DNA of 63,182 nucleotides, counting the filler, from Choristocarpus tenellus KU-1152 (taxonomy: Eukaryota > Protista > Phaeophyceae): NCBI GenBank assembly GCA_964200185.2. It is 9 parts of 9 records of this genome, joined end to end, with 100 filler letters (N's around TTAATTAATTAA, not from the genome) between each part and the next. Parts side by side here need not be neighbours in the genome. Positions count along the whole stretch, not along the records: positions 7,835 to 17,754 come from CAXNAD020003282.1; positions 17,855 to 26,074 come from CAXNAD020004981.1; positions 26,175 to 29,578 come from CAXNAD020020270.1; positions 29,679 to 34,045 come from CAXNAD020014884.1; 5 more parts are not named here. The stretch is one strand, 5' to 3'. The notes beneath the pieces are model-generated. The model saw only the letters and a list, made by a program, of their open reading frames with translations. It was not told the DNA's origin and did not search any database. Both the position numbers and the translations under genes were made by a program. Below, piece after piece: positions 16,981 through 29,876 of this stretch. How positions within the stretch are numbered: the first letter of the stretch is position 1; every line of letters starts with the position of its first letter.

Positions 16981-18236
16981 TACTATCCCTACCTCCCAAC
17001 AGGGGGAGTATAGGGTTAGGGTTAGAGAAGGGGTCCAGGAACAGACTCAAGGGTAAACTTGGAGATTGAGGTGACTACTTGGGGAGAGTGCATGATGAGT
17101 GGGGTAATAGACCCCTGTATTATTTATTGTGTTCAGCATTTGATTGTATTTTACTTAAAAACTTATCAAATAAGTTCTTTACATGCGCATAATCTCTATC
17201 CATTTCTTTTGAAGCAATTTCTGCGTGTATTATTTGTTATGGTTTGGGTTTGCCTCCCGCCTCCTGGTTTTGGTCAGTATTGAGTCATAACTGCTTTGGT
17301 GGGGTAGATAGACAGCTGAGACTTGAATGTCTGGTGCCAGTGGAACAGGGGTATCTCAGTGTTTGAGAAGGATTTGCACCAACAGCCAAGGGTTTAATTT
17401 ATTCTTGTGAAGCACTGGAAGTTAGGGTTGGGGTTATTGTGACCCTTCTGCACTTGCTTTTCTTTCTTAGTTGCTTGATTGGTGGGGTATTTTGGTGGCC
17501 TTTCAGGCATTGGTTGAGGCCAGGGTGTCCCTTGTCTCTGTGGGATTGTTCATGTGCTTCCTTGTTGCTTTTGTTTGTATTATTTCAGTTGTCTCTGAAT
17601 GTGTCTCATATGGGTTTCAGCTGTCTGTGTAGGTTGGGTTGTGGAAACAGTTAAAGGTATCGTCTTTATCGTGTATCATCTTAGTCCCATGCCTCATCTC
17701 TTGTTACCTCGGATGTCTTGAACTTACTTCTCCTAGGCTGAACACCTCTGCCCCNNNNNNNNNNNNNNNNNNNNNNNNNNNNNNNNNNNNNNNNNNNNTT
17801 AATTAATTAANNNNNNNNNNNNNNNNNNNNNNNNNNNNNNNNNNNNNNNNNNNNCCCCCCCACACCCCCACCCCTCCCCCCCCCCCCCCCCCCCCCCCCC
17901 CCTTTTTCCAAGAAACAAAAAAAAAAAACCCTCCCCCCCCCCCCCCCCCCCCCTCCTGATTAGCGCATTTGTTATCATAAAACCTGCCATACTAATCTCC
18001 CAACCATACCCAGGCACGTGCATGCATGAGGAGTGTGAAATAAAATATCTAAAGGGCAAGAAACACTATCCACAGTCCGTTTGTGTCATTCACTTAGTTG
18101 TAAAACCAATATCGTTTTGTAACTTCCCTCTCTATGTCACCAATTGATTTTTTTTTTTTCATGTTTCTCCTCTCACCGTTTTGCCCTCCACCTCTCCCCT
18201 GTTCACTACCAAACATTTTGTTTTTATTCCAATAAG

Positions 18237-18476
18237 ATCAAGCGCCTTAGCAGCCTGTCGGAAGAGTACGAGGACCTCGCTTCAGATCCGTTCCCCTCCC
18301 CAGAAGAGGCAGAGTATGAAGGAGGGGCGTCGGGGAAAAGCAACAGCGGATTAAGGGGTGCTAAGAAGGGGAGGAGGAGTAGTAAGGATGTCGGAAGTAA
18401 GGCAGAGGAGGAGGATGAAGAGGAAGTTGAGAGGGTTGGTGGGGGGCAAGACTCTGACTGCGAGTGGACACTGTAA
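18237..18476 (+). CDS. Probable terminal exon of an unidentified gene (acidic, low complexity)
   Basis: Polypyrimidine tract and AAG acceptor, open frame IKRLSSLSEEYEDL...DCEWTL*; no recognisable domain. Confidence 0.5.
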   Translation: MKRLSSLSEEYEDLASDPFPSPEEAEYEGGASGKSNSGLRGAKKGRRSSKDVGSKAEEEDEEEVERVGGGQDSDCEWTL

Positions 18477-21254
18477 CTGAAAACAAATTAGGAGGAGGAT
18501 AAGGGGGGGGGGGGGAGGGGGGGGGGGGGAGGGGGGGGGGGGGGGGGGGGGAGAGGGTGTTGTTGGTTGCTAGGATGGGCATCGTGACAAGTTGGGGTGA
18601 TTGGTTTGATGGGGTTGAGGTCGTGTTGTTAATCCAATATTTTTGTAGCTTGTCTGTCTGACCCAGTCCATGACCCGGTTTTCATCACCCACTTCATTGT
18701 ATCCATCTTTTTGGTGATGGGACGATGTGCTTATATTGCCGCAAACTGTGGAATGCACACATAACATGTGGTCATTACATGTGGTCGTAACAGGCGACTT
18801 TTCATCGTTGAGAGTGGCCGTTTAGATGAGAATGGGAAACAAGTTTGATAGTGAAAGGTAGCACATTGTACTTTGGAGAGGTGATCCAAATTTGGACGAA
18901 TCCTATTATCAACGTAACTTTCTGGCCTCATCAGGATTTTGTTTTGTACCCAGGTACCACCTCCACAGGTTCTCGCATGTATACATAGGATTAATAATCG
19001 TTATTTTTATTGTACCAAGAAATGTAAGGGCTTTTTCGTCTTCCTCCTCCAGGGGGGTGTTTGTTGTTGCCTTCCGTTGTAGAGCTCTGGTAGGGAACTC
19101 TTCGCCTTACTGGTGCTGCAATGTCCATTTTCCTCATGCATTTGCCATGGCGACTCATGCATGTATAGTGTATGGTGTGTATGTAGTACATGGTTGTAGT
19201 AGTGGTAAAAGCATGTATTTCATTACCTTTCTACTGTTGGACAATTTTGTTTTTTGTACGCATTGCCAAGTCTGCCATCCATACCGCCACCACCTGATGA
19301 ATACTCCAGAGTATACATGTGTATGAAATCTGCCACAAGAATAAATGCAACATAACATTATAATAACTGCAGTATACATCGTCCTTTGGAGTTCAATCTC
19401 GGATAAGAATATTATGATGAGATAGGTAGAGTCAAGACAACCACATCATTAGATAGATACATTCATCCATGCTTGAGCATACAACCAAATTTAGTTCTGG
19501 AACTTGGACCAGACTTTTAGCGTTCTGGTTGGAATTTCAAGAAGAGATTTTTAATTCGCCGAGGAGTAACAAAATCGACTTTTTCTGTGCCTAAATGAGA
19601 GTAGTTAATGAAGAGCCCAGTCAAGATTGTTTCAACCTGGGATGGTGCTGTGTGTGTGTGTGTGTGTGTGTGCATTGGTGTTTCATTTTGAGGACCTTGG
19701 AGGGAAGACTGTGCTCATTTGCCATTGTCATGAAATCTGTGTGTGTGGGAGTGTGATGCTATGCCTTCCTCTTGCTACGTGTGACCTGTGTTCTCACCTA
19801 CTCTTAGTGGTAGTATTAGTGTGCTGATTGGCTGGAAATGATGGCAGGATCGATACCATTGTAGTACGAGTGATAATAGTGAGACAAATTGCATTGAATC
19901 AACCAGAAGCCACTGTTGGTACTACACCAGTAGAATGTGCTATGACTTCAGACAATTCACAACTCGTATTGTGGAGTGTCTAGAATAAAGAAAGCTTTAG
20001 GAAAGTCTGAAAATGTATTTAACAAACTACTGTGATACAGTGCTTGTGGTGTGGTGGTGATGATGGTTGGTTGTTGCTTACGTATGAACTAGGCATTACG
20101 TTGTTGCGATATTTGAATGACAAGCGACAGGCGTAGCGCCAACTGTCAATGCTAAATACTACTTTGAACTAGTTTATTTAGAGATGAGTACCCTACCCAA
20201 ACCTGTAGTACCATCTACATCATTAACCCATTAGGAGCACCATCTCGAAGAACATGAAATTATTAATATAAGAATCGGTCTTGGAATCGTACTCTGTAAC
20301 ACCATCGTTTTAGTGAGTATAGCAGATTGTCACGCTCAGTAAGAAGTACCAAGAGGATGCTTTTAGAGGACTTATTTGCAATGAATGGTGGTGACCATGA
20401 GCACACTCGCTAGCTCAGAAAAAAAACACCCAAATTATGTTGGGAGCAGTCGTATTGTAGATAGAGGTGTCAATACGCCTTCACAAGATGTGTTGGCCTA
20501 TTAGATTGTTGCATCCACTACCGTATGAAAAGCCCCTCCGTTTTGACCTGCATTAGAGTTGTGCTTGACAGATTGATGTTGTTGACATATAATATCTCAA
20601 CCAGGGCCTACCCTTCGCAAGGAACCCGATGGTGACCCCTAACTCTGATTTGTCCTGTTGGACATTACAACATCAATTTGGGTTTTGTGCACATTGTCAA
20701 TGCCGGTAGTTTTTTTCATGCGAACATTGTTGGTACTGTTCTGAATGGTGCTATTTTGAAAAGCAGGGTTGTCTGTTAACATACCATTCCTGGAAAATGT
20801 TAAATGTTTTGGGGCCTGGTTCTTTGCGATAGGGGGTGATGGTAGCCGCCAGAGATTATTTCAGGAAGTGAGATATGGGGGTGTGTTCATATTTGGGTAC
20901 CAATGTTGTAGTGTATCTGACCCACATCACATGGGCTGACCTCAACAACAAGAAAAGGTGGCGCACACAAATTTATATGACAGCGCACATTATCTGGATC
21001 GGTTTGGGGAGATCCCTAAGAGGAGACGGACCTCTTTATCAAATATAATCCAAGAAGAAATTGAGATATTTTTTGTATGAACCAACATATACATAAAAGA
21101 ATACGAATGGAGAAGGACTGATCGCGCAATTTGACGTATATACGTGTATATTCGATAGGTGGACTTGGTGTCTTCAGCAACAACCTGACCTCTAGTCCAT
21201 CTTTCACTTATTGCAAGAGTTTTTCGTGCTTGGCCTTCAGGCACGAGATCAACC

Positions 21255-24200
21255 ATGACTGCGCCCAGTGTGCGTTCCCTCTCTACCCTAGGTCGTGAAA
21301 AAAATAGGGTTCGAAAAAAGGGCAAGTCTACGAAGTCTCTGAAGGGGAAGGCATTGCCCACATTGAAAAGGGATGCCGTGGATACCAACCTTTCCAAGGA
21401 CGAAAAAAATCCCTTCCCAGAGGTTGAGTTGTACGAAAAGAGTGACGAAGATATGGATGGAACAAGAAGCAATAATAGTAACCCTGCACTAGGTCCAGGG
21501 GAAGAAGAGATCCTTTCCCGTGAACGACCAGAGGTGAAGAAGCTTCTTGAAGACTTCTGTAGCCGTGCCCTTGAACTTAGGTCCAAGGTGTCAGCGCTGG
21601 TCAAAATTGCAACGGATGAGATGGAGGAGGTGAGGATGGATGATCAGAAGGATAGATAAGAGGTGCACCTCATTATCCCGTTGTGTATCAAGCAGGCTAT
21701 GCAAGAACTTGGATTGTAATATTTGTTACAATATGACCTTGGCAGGGCAGGTGATCAACCACACCTTCGGAATTCGAATCCGTCTGATTTACGATATTGC
21801 TGTCTTATAGACAGTCTAAGTAACGAGTAAGTATTACAACCACCTTCGAGCCAACAAGGCATACTCCAAAATCCTGCTCACTTCAAAATTTCTCGGTAGT
21901 CAAGCAGTGATAAGACATGTTGCAATGGCAATCTTTATCATAGGCGAAGTGGAATTGAGGAAGGGATTCTACTTCTATCTCCTGTTAGTGTCCGTGAAAA
22001 AAGGCAGGTGGGTGAGGGTAAGAGTCAATTGGGATACGTCGTATTGAGCTAAGGCTCTGGTAGGGAAGAGATTTTATGGGAACATATTGAAGCTCGTCCT
22101 GGTGGGTGGGGTTCTTAAAGAAGAGGATATTGGCCTCAGAAGGGGGAACGTGCAACTGCAAAGGTCGAATTGGGTGGAATATAGTAGTCGCCAATAGTAC
22201 TTCTGCCTTGAACTTGTTCCCTTCAATTCTAGCCACCTCAGCATGGCATCTTCACATGAACACCTTTAATCAACCATGTCTGTCTCTGATTCTTCGTTCC
22301 CTAAGCACAAGAGCCCCCAGCCCCTTAAGCTGAGCTTGAAGACCATCAATCCTCTCCAGAAAAGTTACTATTCCTTTTGTCTTCAGCCTCAGTTTTGTTT
22401 TGGGTTTTTGTTTTCTCAGTCAGATTTTTTCCCCTCAGTCCAGCAACCTGATACCTCTGTAGAAATTATTACGAAATTGGACCGGCACAATGCTAGTCCT
22501 ATGCTGCTTCTTCGATGTGGGGGTTTCCAGAACACAAGTGATTTCCCAGCACTTGGGCTCCGTCTGCATTCCCTGTAGCTGTGATGTTAAGACATAAAGT
22601 ACCGAGTTTGTGTGCATATTTTTTGTTTCATTTTTTTCTTTTTAGGTACAGTTCCTTGCCCCTACAGTTGCATACATAATGGCATACCCCTGTACGTATA
22701 GTGTGTGTGTCATGGGAAACACGTGCCAATGACATTGTCGGACCAAAGTGGAGCATCTTTTGGCAAGTAGCACCATCCTACAACCAATACAAGCACGTGC
22801 TGCTCTTTATAACCAAGGATGTCCCTTTGCAATTTCCACCTCCAAAGTGTTCAAATTTTCAACTGCATCCTCCCGCCTTCACTGACACTTGGTCCCTTGA
22901 ACAGGTTTGATGGTTTAGTGTTGTGAATTGAAGCATTTTACGAATGTATCATATATTGTCTTTGTGAATAATCTGATGTCCTTGATTGGGTCACAATGAG
23001 ACGCTGAATGTCCTTGATTGGGTCACAGTGAGACGGTGAATATTTAGAAGTGAATCGCTCAGTGCTCATACGGACGAAAAGTTTGCCAAGTAATCAATAA
23101 CATTTCGACTACAATCACAGATACTCTTCGTTAAAGTATGTGCGGATTCTTTAACAGCGGATTCTTTAACAGTGCTTATTTCTGTTGGCCTTCCATACTC
23201 TTTGCCCGTAACCTCTATCAGAGATGTCCTCTCCCCCAGCAATCACTTTCCCGTAGTAATCCATTCCTCTGATGTAATGCGTTTGTCGTGTAATTGAAAG
23301 TTGCAATGTGAATGAATGAATGTGTGTGTACAGATCTTCCTGTCTAGAGAAAGCTTACATCGTCATTATGGCAGTTGGGAGAAGTTGGCTCAAATATTTC
23401 CTGCCAATGTTTGGAAGCAATGCCGATGACAGATTTGATGGGAGAATATGAAAACCATCCCCATTGTCTCTGCAAATACCTAAATACCAACTTCCCCTCC
23501 TACTCTGCCTCAACGATGTCCCTGCCTCGGATCTTACCACTTATTGCGAATGGCTGGTCAGTTTGGGGATGAACCACGTGACAAAGGAGCCTCATATCTT
23601 GCAGCAAAGCAGCTGCTGTTGACCAGCTATTGTCGCGAGATCTGTGCTCACTCCAGGGAAAAGGTGTCTGCCGCCTTGCCAAAATCCCAACGGGGGAGTG
23701 AGAATTTGAACTCAGTGGGAAGAGGAATGTTGCCCTCGTGGTGGCGCCTGGTGGAGCTGCGAACAATCATGGAAAAGCTTGCGCCTTTGGATGGGTAATA
23801 GCTGATATGAAATACAACCAACATTACAACTTTTTGATAACTAAGTAAAAAGCTATTTATGACTATTTATGACTTGGAAACCGAAGAGGCTGCCTTGATT
23901 TTTTTTAATCTGCTCAAATTAGTTGTGCTAGTACATGGTTTGTGTGTTGAGTATTGTATTGGAGTAAGTTCGAATAGTATTAGGCTGTTAACTGTTTCGC
24001 CTTGCTCATTCTGTACGAAACCCCTCTCCAACGTAGTATTTTGAACTGTACTTGAACATAAACATGTTTGAATCGCTGCAGGAAGCTCAAGTACCAGACA
24101 GACAAGTTGTTGCGCTTAGCTACTTCTGCATCGAAGTCATCTATGGGGGAAGCCTTGAATGAAGGCAACACCTCCAATGCTGGTGATGATCCCCTTGGCT

Positions 24201-25322
24201 TCAGGCCAAGGCCAGAGGTGATGGCAGCTTGGGGAGAAGAGGGTGTTGTTGAAGAAGGAGATGAAGGTATGAGAGTATTGCAGTGCAAAGTGAGGCTTTC
24301 GTGAAGGAGATGAAGGTCCAAGTGACTACTCTTGTGGGAGTGGAGTGCAGTATGAACTTTTCATGTGCTCATGCCAGACACAAGACTCTAGTGCACCCCA
24401 GGAAAATCAATATTATTGGGTAGTAGTACTTTGACAGAGACGTCTCCTTTCCTGCGTAATTTTCATATCTAACCCTAAGTGGTTTGTTCAAGGATCACAA
24501 AAGACATAGCTACACTGATTGTGGAGATCTAAGGTACTACCCCTCTGCTATCTCAGACTTCCCTTCTACATAGAAGTGGATGCAAGATGCAAGTGAATTT
24601 TATGTTCGCCTTGTTTCAGTTGTGATCACATGTATCACATATATCACAGCATTCTACAGGGTAGATTCAGTGTAGTACAGACAAAGGTCTATGGCAATGA
24701 CACAAGGTGAAGATGACTGGCAACAGTCCAGGGTGCTTTTTTTCCTTCTCTTTTTTTCCTTTGAAGGTCAACTTTGCCTGGCTTGATATGCCCTACAACT
24801 CTGTTACTGCTACTGCTCTCATATATATTTTTTTGGTACAATGTACTTTGTTGATTTATATTACAAATGGGGTAGCTGATTCCTGCTAGCAAGTACCTAA
24901 TACAATTGATAAGTGACAATTGATAAGTGTTGGCAGAAATATGTATTGTATTCGTTGGCAGTATCACTAACTATCACCAAAGGTTTCTTTTCTGCTCACC
25001 TTGTTTTGAAGAGTAAGTGGCATGTCTTTTCTGTCTCGATGCCGTGTGCACCATCAAATTATGTTTGCAACTGAAGCGTTGGTGGGAATGTATCTCTGAG
25101 TAATGCTCAACGGATGTTGTTGGACTCTGATTGGGTGTGACATCATCTTTAAACAAAGTTAGACCGTTTTGTTTGTTGAATGTGCTCTTGTTTTTTAGAG
25201 GATGAAGCATCTCTGAAGAACATTACAGGGCCTTCTGATACCTCTTCGAAGGCCAAGAACATTAAGGCAATCCTTGATGAGCGCTCGATGGTGGAAGGCG
25301 ATGTGGGGACTAGGTTGTACAG
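21255..25322 (+). CDS. NGDN: Neuroguidin/Lcp5-type protein (Sas10/Utp3/C1D family, SSU processome), first four exons, 3'-partial
   Basis: Exons 21255-21629, 23562-23794, 24082-24266, 25199-25322 with consistent phases 0/2/1; motifs GASYLAAKQLLLTSYC, RLVELRTIMEKLAPLDGKLKYQTDKLL, DPLGFRPRP. Confidence 0.8.
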
Positions 25323-25975
25323 GTAATGTTCTTGACTGCAGAGTTGTGGTCTTGAGGGAGAATGACTACACTACCACGAGACGAGTCTCTTTGGACTTTA
25401 ACCAATTGTATGTTGTTGCGTTGTAAATTGAGGCATAGCTAACTGTTTTTTGTTCCCTTGTCAGGAAACCAGAATGGTTAAATTGAATAAGGCAATGTTA
25501 ATGTCAGAGTCATATCAAAGAGATTACTGCTTGTTAATGTCAGAATCATTGTGTCGTTGGTCTTATCAAAGCATTTTTTTCCCCCCTTTCCTTTTCTAGT
25601 ATTTGCACTATTTACAGTGTTTGCAGTGCTTCTAGACCTCGCCCACACAATTGCCAGTATCATATTTTGAGGTTCAGACTCTTAGCTGAAATGTTGTGAG
25701 TAGTGGTGCTCTGGATCAGTTTCATCGTACTTTACACACAAGGGTGTTTACATGGAGAATGTATTTGAAAGGACTGTGCATTTTATTATTCACGTTCCCA
25801 ACCCTCTCCATCCTCTCCATGCCACAGCTGCTTTGTTGCAAATGTATTTTTTGCTTGAAGTATTATTTATTATTTTTATGTCCGCATACCTCTAACCTCT
25901 CGTCAAACCCCTCCACATACTTCAAGGCCTCCGTTGTATTATTTTTTTCTCATCTTGTATTCATACTACCTCAAG

Positions 25976-26029
<54 letters not shown>

Positions 26030-26174
26030 TCCTCTCTTCTCCTATATTCTCATTCTCCTCGTCGTGCTCCCACCNNNNNNNNNNNNNNNNNNNNNNNNNN
26101 NNNNNNNNNNNNNNNNNNTTAATTAATTAANNNNNNNNNNNNNNNNNNNNNNNNNNNNNNNNNNNNNNNNNNNN

Positions 26175-29080
26175 CTCCTAGTAGGCCGATCCCACTCATG
26201 CAGTGGGGTCATATTCTGTTTGTTGACACCACCACTTCTTTCAGATACATCCCTGAGGCTACCTGCACCACTGCCAAGTTCATACCTGCTACCAAGGCTG
26301 CTGCCATGAGTGTGACTGTGCTCAAGGGCCTCATTAGGGCTTCCATTGGAGATACCACCCTTCCCTCCTTGAAGATGTTGGCCTGCGCCTCCCAGAAAGG
26401 TCACCCCTTCACCCTTCTTGCTGCTGCAGTCGATAACACCCCCAAGAGCATTGCCAAAGTTCATGTCCTGGTCTTTGTGATGCAAAAATACTGCAGCCTG
26501 ACTGCCATTGGATAAACAGTTCCCACTCCCTGAATCATCCTGGCGTGAACCTTCCAAATCGGCCAACCCTCCTTTACCCTGATGTTGCCACCTCATCTCC
26601 CCAACCCCCAGTCCCAATATTTCCCTGTCACGCTCCTGTTTCAGCTCAATTACAGTTGCCCCAGAAAAGGCAGACACCTCCCACTGGCCCCGGTTTACTG
26701 TTGGGAGCACATCCTCTGGCCTCAGGCCCTGTGCAGGTCGCTGCTGCAAGTCATGCACCTTGAGTGCAACAGCCGTAAGATGCCCAGAGACATCCCGCCG
26801 GTGTCCATTACTGGACAATTCACCAACACCAATATCATTAGCACCAGGATCTTGATCGTTGGCGCCAATGGGGGAGACTGGACAAGGTGACGACAAATCC
26901 TCTACCCTCCCTGCTGAAGCAGAGGCTTCCTGACTTCCCATCTTCCTAGAGCCTTTCACTGAGTCTCTATAACCTGAGCCCATTTCCACAGTAGGACAGA
27001 CAACATCCTGGGCAGGGGGTTTCCAGTCAAACATGTCTGCAAGAGAGTCGCTGCCTATCGCCTCTCCAGCTAAGTTAACTTCTTTCCCGACAAAGGGTGA
27101 ACACACTCCAAGGGTGCCTCCTCCATTACCCACCTTATCATGTTCCTGCTCGTTATCTGCTTTTACCAATGACTTTGTTGGTGCTGCAACAGTTGTAGGT
27201 GCCAAGGAAACCGATTTGTCCTGCCCTGCGTCTGACGACACTCCCGGGATGCCCAATACTGTGGGCATAGCGCTGCCCAGCTCCAGAGCGGCGGGCCGAG
27301 CCTCAGTCTTTTTTGACTCCACTACTTCGTGCTGTGACAGCAAATTTTCCGCTATACTTCCCTCACCAAGTGTGTGATGAGATGTGGTTAGTGAGACTGA
27401 TGCACTTGATGTACACATCGACTGACCCATGGCTTACAGGGAGTAGAGGGCAATGAGAAACACACCGGGCACAAAACGCAACAGTGGCGACAGAAGAAGA
27501 ATATGGGGATTGAGGTTATTGCTGTACATTTAGGTGCATAGGCGACAGCAAGCTGACAGAATTGCACTGCAAGGATGAGTTATGTTACATTTAAACACGA
27601 GTCGTATTTCACAAGGTGAGATGCACCCAGGGGGCCACGACTCATGCAAAAGTCACACTGAAGGAAATCCTATAACACCGGCATCCCCTCTACCAACTAC
27701 CTTTATCAACAGGGACAATTAACAATAATTCCATCCCCCCCCAAGTGCAAAGGTACATATTCTGTTGTCCTCTCCAGCTATGATCATCTTCTCAACCGTA
27801 TGCTCAGTATGCCTAGATGCCCTTCCCCATGACTCACATGTCAACATCTCATCATGCGCCTGCGGCATCATGTCCACCTTGCCACTGGCTCCTTCTAGAC
27901 AAGACATGTTGTTAGACAGTCTGCCATTGGTATCCCGCCTTATTCTTCTCCCTGCGGGAGCAGTTCTCGCCTCCTCCACTTCAACCCCCTCCTTGCTACC
28001 CTTTGCCACAGCCACAGTCTCTGGCGCCTTAGGTTTTGGGACCATGAATGTTGCTGATGGGGGTCGATGCTTGTGCCAATTGAGGGGTGTTAGGGATGAT
28101 GTGTGGGGGGGCAGGGGGCGGGGTGGGCGGGGAGTAGACAGAGAACTCATGAGTTTGTCAGAATAGTTCTTATGGTGAGTTGTCCAATTGCCTTTTTCTG
28201 GGAACTCTATAATTGTCACTAGAGAGTACTAGCATTCTACAGGGCGCATAGAGGTGTTCACTCCACTGCTCTAATGCCATACGAGGAAGACGTTCATCTT
28301 GGGGTTGGGGATAGGGTCCCAACCTCTACAAACACTCCATACCCCCAAGATTGGTTCCATTGACAAGGTTGCAAAGATCACAACAGCATTTACAGTACAC
28401 GTTCACAGAAAAGAAAATCAAAAATGGAACCATTGATTAGGCAACCCCCCCCCCCCCAAGCAACAATGAAAAAAAACTTAGCGCAAAAAAAAGAGGTTAG
28501 GAAGGAAGAGCAGAACAGGAAAAACAGTAAAAGGGCAGCAAGCACGCAATAACTTATCATCCAGCGCAGGCTAGCATACGCGAAGCACCTCTTGACAAAA
28601 ACCAACGAAATTCGGCACTCTCTTGATGCCCTTCAACCTCAAATGTCAACCAACACGCACACCCCACTTAACCCCCCCCCCACCTCCCTAGCCGCCACTG
28701 CATAACACATCAACAAATCCCCCACCAAACATGCCACAATAAAAAAAATAAGGGATGTTCTGCAAAATAATTCTCACTCTTCGAACTGAGATCGACTGTG
28801 GCCTAGCCACTCCACTCTCTCCTCTCCTCAGCGGCACCTCCTGCTCCTCAAAGTGTGAATCTGCCACTTTGAACCAGGCTGGTTTCTCCTGCCCCCCCAA
28901 TGGCCGCCTGCGTTTAACAGGAAGCGTACCATTGGCCTGGTGATCACCCTTGCTCCCCCCGGGGGACTTTGTCACAGTCGATGAACGCCTTCCTACAACA
29001 CTGGCTCCTCGTGAGGGCGAAGAGCGCCGCAGTGCGGCAACACGTTTCTGCTCCACCATCTGCAATATTTTTGTATTCAA
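26175..29080 (-). CDS. Uncharacterised multi-exon gene, low-complexity protein, partial
   Basis: Open frame of about 420 codons at 26175-27432 with a ctgtaag acceptor; further same-strand coding-like blocks near 27760-28230 and 28790-29060; exact splice sites unresolved. Confidence 0.55.
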
Positions 29081-29513
29081 CACAGGGGGAAATCACGTCA
29101 ACGTTGGTAGGGGGAATAGATAGAGACCATCCAACAGAAAGCAACGGTTAGACCAATAGGATCGAACATGCGTTGCGCACGACGAATGGGACAAAATTCA
29201 AGCCGCAGGCCCTGCCTCCTCTACCATGTAACTGTTGGGTGCCTTATCACTCAGGTGCAAATACAAGGTGGATTCTTGCCTAGGGGAGAAGGTAGTGCAA
29301 GAAATTTAAGCTGTTAATAGAAAACTGTCCGACAGAGCATGGAGGGGCAAAATGGTACTAGGGGATGACTGCAGAAAGATAAGGTACAGTGTTGTGTCTC
29401 TGAGTGGGAGTGGGGGGAAGGGGATGGCTTCGATTGTCGGAAGGGGTGGTAGAGGCACTGGTTAAGAAAGGACCTGTGACTGTTTGTGAGTCAACCCTAG
29501 AACGCACCAAGAA

Positions 29514-29561
<48 letters not shown>

Positions 29562-29876
29562 ACCCCCCCCCCCCACCCNNNNNNNNNNNNNNNNNNNNNN
29601 NNNNNNNNNNNNNNNNNNNNNNTTAATTAATTAANNNNNNNNNNNNNNNNNNNNNNNNNNNNNNNNNNNNNNNNNNNNAAACCACCACCACCCCCCCCAG
29701 ATACTTTGACCTGGAACTTTCCATGTCCTATTCCATCCCAACCTTGTTGACGAGATTCTAGATTCACTTACATGAAAAAGTAGAGATTTGTAGTAAAAAA
29801 AAAACACTTCCGCGTTTCTGAACAGAGCATTCTGCCCTCCTTGCATATTCAAGAAATGCCTTCCATGGTTGTGACA

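Noticed and set aside
18896-18940. Minus-strand minimal hammerhead-like core AATC-CTGATGA-GGCCA-GAAA-GTTA..TAAT-AG-GATT
   Set aside because: The cleavage site reads AG rather than UH, stem II cannot close, and no Penelope-like context was recognised.
19285-19345. Plus-strand CTGATGA-ATAC...GTAT-GAAA hammerhead-like core
   Set aside because: No partner strand for stem I and no properly placed UH.
20990-21604. 204-aa antisense ORF (and similar shadow ORFs over folD and 26198-27377)
   Set aside because: Antisense shadows of real exons with no independent domain signal.
22977-23041. 32-bp tandem duplication in neuroguidin intron 1
   Set aside because: A simple two-copy slippage duplication with no further structure.
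25934-26130. Poly-Pro/poly-Gly ORFs (also 17799-18059, 18361-18582, 29358-29634)
   Set aside because: Translations of C/G homopolymer tracts, mostly at contig ends and often running into Ns.
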